From Mustelus asterias (lineage: Eukaryota), in contig NC_135821.1 of the NCBI RefSeq assembly GCF_964213995.1, positions 54,064,001 to 54,128,000 on the forward strand: a stretch of 64,000 nt of DNA. Reading direction: 5' to 3'. The stretch's first letter is position 1; each line of letters begins with the position of its first letter. The notes below the pieces were generated by a model. It searched no databases and was not told where the DNA came from. It was given only the letters and a program-made list of their open reading frames with translations. Position numbers and translations under genes: made by a program. Shown piece after piece: positions 48,401-60,602 of this stretch.

Positions 48401-51400
48401 CAGCTTCTGTTAGACAGACTTTATCCCCAAGTACACAAACCATCATCCCAAACTCAATGATACTGTAACATGCCGTGATGACATCTGGTTTAGAGTTAGC
48501 TGCATCCAGGTCTGGGTCCTCCAAACAAATCCGAACTTCCACACAGGCCAGATTCACCATCAGTGCCAGGAATTTACTTCTTGTTTCGGTATTTTCTGCC
48601 AGTATCCAGTCTGAACCATAGACAGTCAATAATAAGCCGGCAAGTTTCAGTGCTGGGTCCCGTTGTGAGACACTCAGCTTGCTGCTGAGAATGCTGAAGA
48701 GACCAGTGTGAAAGTTCTTTAAGCACCCAGTGAGAGATGGGTCCTCAGTTAGGATAGGTACGGCAGGCAGAAAATGCTGCAAAACGTTACACAGGTTAAA
48801 TTTCCGGTTATCTTCTTCTGTAGCAAACTGTTCACTGAGCTTGATCAGTACCTTCAAAAGGTCGAGCTTACAAGTTTTCCAACACTTGTTTTCCATTGCA
48901 TTCAGGAGAGTGACAAGAAGACACAGTGCCTGCTCGTGGCCATGACTTTGGTTTAGATAAGCCTGACATAATGCTGACACTGTTCCTTGAGTTACTAGAT
49001 GTTTCTGACCCTGAGGATGGGCAGATATCGCATGGAGACATTGGTAACAGTCATCGATCATTGGTGTGAAGGTGGCAACATCTGCTCCAGAGTCTACTTC
49101 TGAACTAATAATTTCATTAAAAATCGGGATTTTGTTGAGGATTTGTGGGTGAGTAACCAATTCTGGATTTGTGGAAAAACATGCAAGCAGAGTAATGCCG
49201 AGAGCTCGGAAAATTTGGCTGGGACAGCCGTGTGGTGACTCCTTGGTAATAAGAAGTCGGTTTGGGAAAGAGAATCCAATTGCATCAAATATCCGTCGCC
49301 GGGTTCCCGCATCAATTTCACCTGCCTTCACCACCTTGGTCACCTAAAAGAAACACATTTAATTCAATGCATTGTCAAACACTGAATGATGCTGCACAAA
49401 ACTGTCAGGAACAGTCTTTCAATTGTCTAATCAGTTCAATGGTAGTGATTTTTTTTCAGTTTTTTTCCCCCAAATGGAATACAAATCAAAAGGTTATTTC
49501 TTTATTCTTTCATGGGGTGGATGGGTGTCTCTGGCAAGGCTAGCATTTGTTGCCCTTGAGTTGAGGGGCTTTATCAGCCATTTCACAGGGCAGTTAAAAT
49601 TCAACCACATTGCTGTGGGTCTGGAGTAACATGTGGGCCAGAACAGGCAAGGGGACTCGTGAACTAGATGGGTTTTTATGACAATCAATGATACCTGTCA
49701 TGGTCACAATCATTGATTATAGCTTTATATTCCAGATTTATTAATTGAATTTAAATTCCATAGATGCCATGTTGGAGCATTAACCTGGATCTCTGGATTA
49801 TTAGTCCAGTGACATTAATTTGCACTATCGTTTCCTCATAAGAAATAGGAGCAAGTGTAGGCCAATCAGCCCATCAGACCTTTTCTGCTACTTCAGAACA
49901 TAGCCGATCTGATTGTCGCCTTAACTCCACTTTCCTGCTCAAGTTAACCCTCGAGTCCTTCACCAATTTTTTTTCTAACTCAGCCTCAAACAGATTCAAT
50001 GACTCAGTCTCCACTGCCTGCTGGAAAGTTAATTCCAAACATTAGTGATCCTCAGAAAAAAAATCCTCATCTTCATCTTAAATTGGGACCAACGTAATTG
50101 GGCATCTACTCTGTCGAACCACCTCAGAACCATATGTTTCAACCAGATCCATCTCATTTGTTCTGAACGCCAATGAATATAAACCTTTCCACCATTTCAA
50201 CCTTTCCCCAGAAAGAAAACCAACCTCTTCACCCCAGGAATCAGCCAAGTGAGCTTTCTCTGAATCATTTCCAACACATGTATATCCCTCTAAAGTAAGC
50301 AGAGCAAAAACATTCACCCTCTTTTAAGCGCAGTCTCGCCAATAATCTGTACATTTGTATCAAACCTTCCCTACTTTTATACTCCATCCCCATTGCAATA
50401 AAAGCCAATATTCTATTTGCCTTCCTAATTACTTGCTATAGCTGCATGCTAACCTTTTGTGCATCATGTACTTATGATTGCTCTACACTGTAGAATCCTG
50501 CAGTCCCTCTGTTTGCAAACTCTTTTTATGCTCTTCACCACTTGCTTTCCCACTGAAATTCGTATTGCAGCCAAATTTGTTGATGATACAATCTGCCTCA
50601 TGTCAATATAGTTGAGGTCCCAGTACAAATTCTGATTTGCCTTTCCTGGATCACTCGTCCAGACCTCTGAATTGCGAGCCTGTCAACATGACCACGATAA
50701 ATGCAGTATTCCTAAATAACCTGGCTTCATAATTTAACCTTTTAAATCCCTGTTTTATTCTAGTGAACCTGCATTGACCTCCTCCAAGGCTAACATGCCT
50801 CAGAAAGGGTGTGTCGAAAATTGCGTGCACTCCTGATGGGATCTGACCAACCCTCTGTACAAATGCAGAGTAACTCTCCCCACTTGGGCCTCTTGAAAGA
50901 AAGGACAAAAATCCATTAACCTCAAATTATTTCCATACTTGTGCATTAACCTTCAGTGATTTGTGCACATACAACCAAATCCCTTTGATCATCCATAGTT
51001 ACTGGTTTCTCATCAAGAAAATATTCAGATTTGTTCATGCTGGATCCAAAGTGGATGTCCTCACACTTCACACAGCTACAGATTTGCTTAGAACTTAATC
51101 TGTCCATGTCCCTTCTTGCTCCCATGTATACAATTTACTGTGCTCTTTAATATAGTGTCTTCTGCAAACATGGTACTCTCCATTCCTTCATCCATGTCAA
51201 TGATTGTTATGGTAAAAGGTGGAGACTCTAATTAGAATTTTCAATTTCCATACATTCTGACGACTACTATCCCACCAATTGTCATTCAGTGTCACAAAGT
51301 TCTCTCCAATTCTGCTTGCTTTTAGTTTTGTGAATAATCTCTTGCGGGTAAGGTACTATAGAAATGCAAGTCCCTGACTGGTTATACAAACTCATCCACT

Positions 51401-52498
51401 TAAAACTCAAATTAAAATTATTTTTATTCACTTGTGTGCTCACCAATGTTGTTGGAGAACTCAATACCTTTTTTGTCACAACCATCTGCTCAACTCAAAT
51501 CTCAGGAGGAACATTTTGCATTGTAATTTTCTCCCTCACACAGCTACTTACATGTCTTCACCAAATAAATCTGCCAGATAAGCACAAGCCCTTGTTTTAT
51601 TGAAGCACTGTTTCACATAGGGAGTAGTGGAAATCTAGAGCTCTCTTCCCTAACAGCTGTTGAGGCCAAATCAATTTAAAATTTCAAAACAGAATCACAG
51701 AATTGTTATGGTGCTGGAGGTGGTCATTTGGCCCATTGTAACTGCATCAACTCTCCAAATGAGCATCATGACTTAGTCAAAACGGAAGTGGAGAGACTCT
51801 TGTTAGTCAAGGGTTTTAAGGATTATAGAACCAAGGGAGGTAGATAAGAGTTACAATACAGATCAAGCATGGACTAAATAAGCAACAGGGTGAACCCGAT
51901 GACTGAATGTTCTGCTCCTTTTCCTTTGTTCCTACTTTATATTGGTGATCAACACCAAGTATAAAACACTCAGAAATGTATAACTACTAAAGATGAAGAT
52001 TTTCAGCTTTAATCGTGATGGCTTAAAGTTGACTCAACAGCGTCTAAAGTTACTGCAGCGGTCAGTAATGTTCATTTAAAATGGAAGCTTTTATTTTTAA
52101 AAAGCCATATCCCAATTTCAGTTATTCTTCCCTCAGCCAGGATTGCACTAAATATTATTCAAGTAAATTGAAAATAAGGGAAATTAACTGCTTAATGAAG
52201 TGGCAAGTCACAGCAGGCAAAATAAATGCTTAAATTTAATAAGTTGAAATATAAATTTATTTCAATACACTGGGAAACTTGGGTGTAAAATTCTCAGATT
52301 GTTACAGTTAGTTTGAACAGAGAAAGAAAAACAGTATATTTGTATTAGACTGGAATACTAAAAGATTCTTACCAGTAAAAGAGCTGCAAACTGTTCACTA
52401 TCATTTTTTGCATCTTGCAGAACCTGGAGACATTGTTCGAGTGCTTTGCTCCTTGCCCCATCTTCAGTCCCACATGGATTTTCTGAATTTGATGCCAT
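42035..52498 (-). CDS. NCDN: Neurochondrin (norbin), complete CDS in 6 coding exons
   Basis: AKNDSEQFAALLLVTK..AG.IDA.TRRRIFDA.GF.FPNRLL, SQRDPALKLA, LACVEVR, FASVRILGAW.AEET, DALRFLLPG.CHL, ELWFLGMQAF are neurochondrin signatures; all GT-AG junctions in phase. Confidence 0.97.
43038..43180 (-). CDS. NCDN: NCDN exon (QEECFSSLL...LAANFTTLGLMMSRILAGTP)
   Basis: Phase 2 to 1. Confidence 0.92.
43932..44252 (+). mobile_element. HE1-like V-SINE
   Basis: Matches consensus. Confidence 0.88.
44801..45025 (-). CDS. NCDN: NCDN exon (FLLPGFCHLSAED...TEPALIR)
   Basis: Phase 2 to 2. Confidence 0.92.
45708..45949 (-). CDS. NCDN: NCDN exon (VTEEQLWSPFLFASVRILGAW...KDALR)
   Basis: Phase 0 to 2; gtaaga donor. 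Confidence 0.93.
46083..46725 (-). mobile_element. CR1 LINE 3' fragment
   Basis: RMLPGLDGLSYKERLDRLGLFSL..RRLRGDLIEV. Confidence 0.85.
47129..47469 (+). mobile_element. Full-length tRNA-derived V-SINE (HE1-like), TSD AGTTAT
   Basis: A/B-box head, V domain GTGGGTTTCCTCCGGGTGCTCCGGTTTCCTCCCACA, (TTCTATGA)n tail. Confidence 0.92.
47845..48110 (+). mobile_element. V-SINE, alternative tail
   Basis: V domain plus the same alternative tail as the 30590-31377 copies. Confidence 0.8.
48336..49343 (-). CDS. NCDN: NCDN large exon (VTKVVKAG...GYFKQ)
   Basis: ORF 48114..49343; CAG|gtgaag donor; 1008 nt. Confidence 0.95.
49838..50500 (-). mobile_element. Old CR1 3' fragment
   Basis: cataagaaataggagc tail and degraded similarity to the 31899 copy. 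Confidence 0.6.
52373..52498 (-). CDS. NCDN: NCDN first conserved coding exon (MASNSE...FAALLL); acceptor at 52512
   Basis: ttgcag acceptor, gtaaga donor. Confidence 0.92.
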
Positions 52499-52759
52499 TA
52501 GTGCAATCCCAACTGCAATAAAACATTTAACAAATTCTGAGCAGATTTCAATAAAATGGTGAGTTTCAGCAGAAAATGATTCAGGTTTTGCAAATGGAAA
52601 TAGATTTTCACAGCTTGACAAAAACATTTAGAAATACTTGAGTAAGCACAAGAATGACAATTTCACCCAACACCAACCCTTTAGCGAAAGCCAAATACTG
52701 TGGATGCTTTCATATCTGGGTAAGACAATAAGTGATACATAACCAAAACATCAATTGAG

Positions 52760-53000
52760 ATAGAATCATAGAATCCTACAATACAGGAGGCTATTCGGCC
52801 CATTGAATCTGCACCGACCACAACCCCACCCACACCTATCCCCATAACCCCATGGATTTACCCCAGCTAGTCCCCTTGACAAGAAGGGGCAATTTAGCAT
52901 GGCTAATCCACCTAATCTGCACATCTTTGGAGTGTGGCAGGAAACTGGAGCACCTGGAGGAAGCGCACACAGACACGGGGAGAACATGCAAGCTCCACAC
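52760..53000 (-). mobile_element. V-SINE, partial
   Basis: Matches consensus. Confidence 0.8.
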
Positions 53001-53489
53001 AATGTGAGAGATTTATAAACATCTCAATTCATATAAAGGTACCATTAGCAGGTATAAAAATTAATTAGACTGGAGAAGCAATCTTCAAAAACAAATTGAT
53101 TAAAAACAAACATTTAAAGAGTGTCCAAAAACTGTCCCCCACACACAAACGTTTTTGAATGAGAACAAAATCTAATGCAAACTAAAACAAGCGAAATAGA
53201 CACTCAACTGATCAATAAATAAGTTCTCCAAAAATGTCATAAAGAAGAAATAGATCTCCCTATGTGGAATTTTGTGCATCTGCAACAGTTCTGCAAGTAT
53301 TGCTAGACTAAAGCGAGGGATGCTATTTATCTCCAGTCGCAAACTCCAGTTCCAAGCCACTGATTCTACCCTTCTCCCTGGCAACTCTCTGAAGTGGAAC
53401 AGGACTATTTACAGTCTTGTTTTCGTATTTGACACCACGATGAGCTTCCGGCCATGCGTCCTTTCCATCAACAGGACTGACTCCTCCAC

Positions 53490-54020
53490 TCTGCCCCTGC
53501 CTCAGCTCATCTGAAGCTGAAATCCTCACTCATGCCCTTGTTGCCCAACTTGATTATTTCAATGTTCCCTTGGCGAGTGCTCCATCTTCACCCTTATCCA
53601 AATCTCTACTGCTCATATTCTACCTCAATCCAAATCCTATTTATCCATCAATATCACACTGTGACCTGTGGTGGTTCTCATCCCACAATGTCTCGATTTT
53701 AAAATTCACATCCTCTTAATCTCTGTAACCTCCAGCCCTGAAGGATCACTGCATTCCTCGAAATCTGGTCTCTTGTGCCTCCCAGATTATAATTACTCCA
53801 TCATAGAGGACTGTGCCTGCAGCTGCCTAGCTCTTAAGCTCTGGCATTTCCTTCCTAAACCTCTCCATCTCCCTCGTGGCATTGGAGACCATTCTTAAAA
53901 TATACCTGTTTGACCAAACCTTTGGTCATCTGTCTGAATTGCATCTAATTTGGCTTAGTGTCAATCTGTTGTTTTGTAACACTCCTCTGAAGCATTTTGG
54001 CAAGTGTTAGATAAATGCAA
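53490..54020 (+). mobile_element. L2-type LINE 3' fragment
   Basis: LSSSEAEILTHALV..LDY-like L2 ORF2 end; ...aaatgcaag tail. Confidence 0.55.
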
Positions 54021-54697
54021 GCTAATGTAGCTGCTTAAGAATGGAATGCTTCCCATTTCAGGCATGCAGGTCAGATGGAGAGTAAAGCTTTCACTGCCCC
54101 AATTTCAGAATGAAACCCACCAGTTGTAACATTTCCTATGAGAGTCATATCCAATCCCAAAGTGCTGCAAAATTGACCCACATCCCACTGCTCCTTAGAA
54201 ACTGGACTAGACTACCAAATTTCAAACACTGCCAAAAAAAATTTACACCAGCAGAGTGCTGGAGTTTGGTCAGGCATTTAACCTAGAGGTTAGATAATAA
54301 ATTAACAAACTGTTTCCAACATAAATAACATTTCCTTGCTAAAGCTGATAAGCATGATGCTATCAATAATTTAATTTTATACCAAATATTCAAATACTTT
54401 CACTTGATGAAAACACATGTTGTAACAAAGCACCTTTTCTCAACATTGGTAGGAGTTAAATAAAAGATCTCCCAAGCAAGAAATTCCAAATCAGCTTATT
54501 AATCCCCAAAATACATCACTTACATTCAGAGTCTTCACAAAAACAATAGTGATATTTATCTCCAAGGCCCCATAATCCTAGAAGTTTTTTTTGATCATCT
54601 ATGTTGCAAGATATACCACACTATGGTATATTCACGACTTTGAACTGTTGGGGGCTAGTGAGCCAACCACAAAAGTTTAAAATGAAAGAACAACTTG

Positions 54698-55420
54698 GCA
54701 GCACAGGGGTTAGCACCTGCTGCCTCACAGCACCAGGAACACAAGTTCAATTCCAGCCTTGGGTGTCTGCGTGGAGTTCCACATTCACCTACTGTCTGCG
54801 TGGGTTTCCTCTGGGTGCACCAGTTTCCCCCCCCCCCCCCAGTCTAAAAATGTGTAGGTTAGGGGGATTAGCCATGGGAAATGTGTGGGGTTACAGGGAT
54901 AGGGCATGGGTAAGATACCCTCAGAGTCAATGCAGGCTCAATAGTCTGAATGGCCTCCTTCCACACTGTACAGATTCTAACTTTTTTTTAATACACTCCC
55001 TAAAAGTACTTTAAAAACCGTTGGTTATTTTGATGGGCAATGCTCATTGTTTTCCAGGAGCAATCCTGTACACAGCAAGATTCCACAGGCAGCACAGTGG
55101 CACGGTGTTTGGCACTGCTGCCTCACAGCACCAGGGACCCAAGTTCATTTGTAGCCTTGAGCGACTGTCTGTGTTGAGTTTGTATGTGTCCCCCCCCGGC
55201 CGCCGCACACCCCACAATGTCTGCTTGGGTTTCCTCCAGCCGCACTGGTTTCCACCCACAGCCTAAAGATATGCGGGTTAGGTTGATCGGCCATGCTGAA
55301 TTGCACCCTAGTGTCAGGGGGATTAGCAGGGTAAATGTGTGGGGTTACGGGGATAGGGCCTGGGTGGGATTGTTGTCAGTGCGGGCTCGATGGCCCTCCC
55401 TCTGCACTGTAGGGATTCTA
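54698..55420 (+). mobile_element. Two diverged V-SINEs (~54698-54980, ~55088-55420)
   Basis: Match consensus. Confidence 0.78.
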
Positions 55421-56510
55421 CGAAGCAGAAAGGAAAGGGGCGGCTGATTTGATTGTGAGGATGATGGTGCGGGGAGAGGATTCGATGCGGTTGTAACAGG
55501 GAACCTTCAGCCCCCCCCCCAAAACCTGAGCCACCTCTCAAATGGCCAAGTGCGGCTTCAGAAAGGCCTCCAGGGAAGCGGCACCAGGGTCGCCCTGGGC
55601 GGAGAGTCAGCTTGAACCAGGCTGAAGCCTCACCTGAAGCAAATCATAGACCACAGCGGCACCTTTACTGGGAGCTCTCCCGTTCGGTGGGGGGGGACAG
55701 CGCGGCCGCCGGCGACCAAATTAAAGAAGCAGCAAAACCAGAGTCACAAGAGCAGCGACTCACCCTGCACCGCAACAGCAGCATCCGGGGTATGATCAAC
55801 TCTGACCCCCAAAGCAGCATCCGGGGTATGGTGAACTCTGACCATCCCCCCAAGCAGCATCAGCCAATCAGCACCACCGACCTATCAGAGCTCGACCCAT
55901 CCCCCCAGCAACCGTCGCTAGGCGGCGGGCGGACCAATAGGGAGCGAGGGGCCCCGCGGAGAGTCACGTGGGGCTGAGCCCGCGGGGTCTGTCCTGTTCA
56001 GCCTGACATTCGCAGCGCAGCTCCCGCTATGTGCGCACCGCCCCGCCGGAGATGACTGGATCTTCACCACCGGCCCATCTGCAACCGCGAGTATCGGTGT
56101 TTTAAATCCCTGAACATTGGAAAGTCCGCCTCGCCTCCTGTCCAAAGGTTTTGTTTTGAATTGGTTGCAATAATTATTCACCCTCCCGGGCGGCCCGGAA
56201 CCAGTGCACTCCGCTCCCCGGTTTCTCCGGATCCTGTTGGTGGGCGGACACATTTCCCCCTTATGGGGGGTTTCAGGCGCCAAGGACAACCTGCTCCCCG
56301 GCTGATGTGTTGGTGGGTATTTTCCTGACCCGCTGTCTGGTCGGGTATTGAGCGGCGTCACTGATACATTTATTTATAAATTATAATCGGGGTTTACTGG
56401 CGGGGCGGGGGGGGGGGGGGGGGGGATCAGGGAGCGGAAATGACACGGAGCTTGTGTTTGAGATGCTGGAGGCGCTGGCAGTTGGAATCGTGAATCGCGG
56501 GGTGGGGAGG
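55420..56510. promoter_or_regulatory. CpG island: NCDN promoter and first exon (donor AGG|gtgagt at 55763, minus strand), probably bidirectional
   Basis: CCAAT boxes (~55864, ~55934), GC box, E-box GTCACGTG (~55963), ETS-type CGGAAAT (~56435), strong minus-strand donor. Confidence 0.7.
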
Positions 56511-57740
56511 AGGAGGAGAGAGAGAGGATAGACGGACAGAGAGGGGGGGAGAGGATAGAGAGAGGGAGAGGGGATAGACAGAGAAAGAGGATAGACAGAA
56601 AGAGGATAGACAGAAAGAGGATAGACAGAAAGAGGATAGACAGAAAGAGGATAGACAGAAAGAGGGGATAGACAGAAAGAGGGGATAGACAGGGAGAGGG
56701 GATGGACAGAAAGAGGATAGACAGAAAGAGGGGATAGACAGGGAGAGAGGATAGATAGAGAGAGGATAGACAGAGGGGGAGAGAGAGGATAGACAGAGGG
56801 GGGGGAAGAGAGGATAGACAGAGAGAGGGGATAGACAGAGAGGGGATAGACAGGATCGACAGAGAGAGGGGATAGACAGAGAGAGGGGAGAAAGGATAGA
56901 CAGAGAGAGAGGATAGACAGAGAGGGGGGGAGAGAGGATAGACAGAGAGAGAGGGGAGAGAGGATAGACAGAGAGGGAAGAGGATAGACAGAGAGAGGGG
57001 AGAGAGGATAGACAGAGAGAGGGGAGAGAGGATAGACAGAGAGAGGGGAGAGAGGATAGACAGAGAGAGGGGAGAGAGGATAGACAGAGAGAGGGGAGAG
57101 AGGATAGACAGAGAGAGGGGAGAGAGGATAGACAGAGAGAGGGGAGAGAGGATAGACAGAGAGAGGGGAGAGAGGATAGACAGAGAGAGGGGAGAGAGGA
57201 TAGACAGAGAGAGGGGAGAGAGGATAGACAGAGAGAGGGGAGAGAGGATAGACAGAGAGAGGGGAGAGAGGATAGACAGAGAGAGGGGGAGAGAGGATAG
57301 ACAGAGTGAGGATAGACAGGGAAAGAGGAGAGAGGATAGACAGGGAGAGAGGATAGACAGGGAGAGAGGATAGACAGGGAGGGTGGATAGACAGGGAGGG
57401 TGGATAGACAGGGAGAGAGGGGGGAGAGAGGATAGACAAAGAGAGAGGGGGGAGAGAGGATAGATAGAGAGGGGAGGGAGCTTAGATCGATAGGGAGAGA
57501 GGATAGATCGATAAGAAGAGGGGGGAGAGAGTGAAGGGGGAGAGGATACGAGAGAAGGCGAGAGAGGGGATAGGATAAGAGGTAGGGATGAGAACATAAA
57601 TGAGAGGGAGATAAAGAGGAAGGAAGGAATATTAGGTAGTAGGAGAGAGGGGAATAGAGAGGAAAGGATGCGAGAGAGGGATAGCTGACTAGAGATAGAA
57701 AGGGGAAGGGATAATTGATAGAGGGTGAGAGACAAAGTGA
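56505..57740 (+). repeat. Polypurine minisatellite; core 24-mer GGATAGACAGAGAGAGGGGAGAGA and 14-mer GAGGATAGACAGAA
   Basis: Directly visible; about a dozen near-perfect 24-mers at ~56980-57290 with degenerate flanks. Confidence 0.97.
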
Positions 57741-59527
57741 ATCATGGGACGGAGAGATCGAGGGGGAACAGGGATAAGTCGGGAGTAAGGAATATAGAGG
57801 TTGGGGGGGCGAGAGGATAGCAACAACCAGGTGACCGAGGAAGGTAAACCGGAGACAAGAGTGAGGGAGAGATCTGGACAGAAAGAGACTCAGAGAGCCG
57901 GTGACTGCAGGATCGGCATCGATGGGGGCAATAAACAACAGTGGTGTGTGCCAGAGTGTAGGCTTGACAGCCGGATATTGTTCCGGCGACACTCATCCTG
58001 ATCAGGCGTCTGTGGAGCCCGAGCGGCAGGTGCCCGATGCGTTTTATTTGTTTTCATATTCATTGCCCAGCAATGTTTTTCTCACGCATTCCAGCAGCAG
58101 CAGGGAGGTGGTCCGGATTTCACTGGCGAGTACATTAACCCGCTGTTCCTCAGTCTAGATTCACCATATGGTCGATGAATATTCTGGAAGTTGGTAGCAG
58201 CCGAATAGCACTTGGAGTTGGGAAATCTCCTACTCTGATCATTTACCCGACATTGTACAAGTGATGTCATATCGGTTCAGTCGATTGTAGTTTTAAGTCT
58301 TAAACAGTGATGAGCAATAAGCGTTAGACAGTTGTGCTGCTAGGTATGATAGCATCTGTGAGATCACTAGAATGGTCAAAGATTTTTTACAATATTTGCA
58401 ATAACATGCTTTTCATGTTGGAGATTTAAAAAAACTTGCATTTATATAGTGCTTTTCATTTCCATATGATATCCAAACGTGCTTTTAACGCAGTTGCTAA
58501 TTTGCACACAAACGGCAGTGCTGGTTCAGAGGTAAATGCTGACCAGCACAAAGAACTGCCATCTTCTTTGCGTGATGTTGTACGTTGAACAGAAGAATCT
58601 TGGTGTAGGGTCTTGCCAAATGGTTGGCATTTCTGCCGATGCAGTGTTCCTTCAATCCTGGACTACAGAATCAGGTTAAACCAGTTACTAATACTCTGGA
58701 ATGGAAATGAATCTGCAACTTCCTGGCTGAAGTGAGACTGCGACAACTGAGGCAAGCTGACATGAGGGAATTAGTTAACTCTTTCAGGGTTTCAGAATCA
58801 TGTTTGCAATAGTTTTAACTTCTTTAATCAAATCTGCATAAAATTGTGTAAAATTTCTATTTGGATTTAACAGTCGGTGGCTAAAATAGATTTTGGAATG
58901 GGAAATGTTTTAGTGTTTATAGTTTAGTCGATGTATGGAAAATCTGAAGGAATGTTTTTTCACGTAGCTATGTTGTTTCATCAATTAATCATTGTAAAAT
59001 GAATTATCCATATGGAATTTATTGGGTAACTAACAATTCATTGTAGATGTCTTTAGTTAATGCTGTTGGATAGACTATTCTGCAAATGATTATGAACTGA
59101 TGAGCATTTTATGTAGTAATAGTTAACTTAAAAACTTGACCATGCACAGCATTTTCAAAGGTTTCCAGAGATGCACAATACTGACTGTTTAAAATTAATT
59201 TTTAATGACATTATTGTAGGTCACCTCTTTAAAAAGTAAACTAGTGATGTGAATAGTTTCCAAGGGCAAGGTTCATTGCTCCAGAGAAAGTCTTTGGTAG
59301 TTATGCTTGGCATTTAAATGCAAGTACAGTGTGCATATTTAGGAAATAATGAACATTATATTTGACTTGTACAATTAGTAAATTGCATTGGGGTGTTTAT
59401 TATCTAAATGCCATATGAGTCCAAGATGCTGCATTATCAAAATGTTCAACCCTTGCTTGAATTTACAGAAAGTTGGAACTCAAAGTTTCTTGTATCATTT
59501 TTGGTTTCCTTCAGACTTTCACTAAGA

Positions 59528-60602
59528 ACCATAGAAAATTACAGTTCAGAAACAGGCCTTTTGGCCCTTCTTGTCTGTGCCGAACCATTTTTTGCCTAGT
59601 CCCACTGACCTGCACTTGGACCATATCCCTCCACACCCCTCTCATCCATGAACCTGTCCAAGTTTTTCTTAAATGTTAAAAGTGACCCCGCATTTACCAC
59701 TTTATCCAGCAGCTCATTCCACACTCCCACCACTCTCTGCATGAAGAAGCCCCCCCTAATATTCCCTTTAAACTTTTCTCCTTTCACCCTTAACCCATGC
59801 CCTCTGGTCTTTTTCTCCCCTAGCCTCAGTGGAAAAAGCCTGCTTGCATTCACTCTATCTATACCCATCAAAATCTTATACACCTCTATCAAATCTCCCC
59901 TCAATCTTCTACGCTCCAGGGAATAAAGTCCCAACCTATTCAATCTCTCTCTGTAACTCAGCTTCTCAAGTCCCGGCAACATCCTTGTGAACCTTCTCTG
60001 CACTCTTTCAACCTTATTTACATCCTTCCTGTAACTAGGTGACCAAAACTGTACACAATACTCCAAATTCGGCCTCACCAATGCCTTATATAACCTTACC
60101 ATAACACTCCAACTTTTATACTCGATACTCCGATTTATAAAGGCCAATGTACCAAAGGCACTCTTTACGACCCTATCCACCTGTGACGTCACTTTTAGGG
60201 AATTCTGTACCTGTATTCCCAGATCCCTCTGTTCAACTGCACTCTTCAGAGTCCTACCATTTACCCTGTACGTTCTACTTTGGTTTGTCCTTCCAAAGTG
60301 CAATATCTCACACTTGTCTGTGTTAAATTCCATTTGCCATTTTTCAGCCCATTTTTCTAGTTGGTCCAAATCCCTCTGCAAGCTTTGAAAACCTTCCTCA
60401 CTGTCCACTACACCTCCAATCTTTGTATCATCAGCAAACTTGCTGATCCAATTGACCACATTATCATCCAGATCATTGATATAGATGACAAACAACAATG
60501 GACCCAATACCGATCCCTGCGGCACACCACTAGTCACAGGCCTCCACTCAGAGAAGCAATCCTCCACAACCACTCTCTGGCTTCTTCCATTGAGCCAGTG
60601 TC
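59528..60602 (-). mobile_element. CR1 LINE 3' half, uninterrupted RT
   Basis: ORF 59596..60762 ([18 protein letters not shown]). Confidence 0.95.

Noticed and set aside
56374-57992. Three long minus-strand ORFs (352-521 aa)
   Set aside because: Stop-free translations of the purine minisatellite in all three frames; low-complexity L/S/P; not genes
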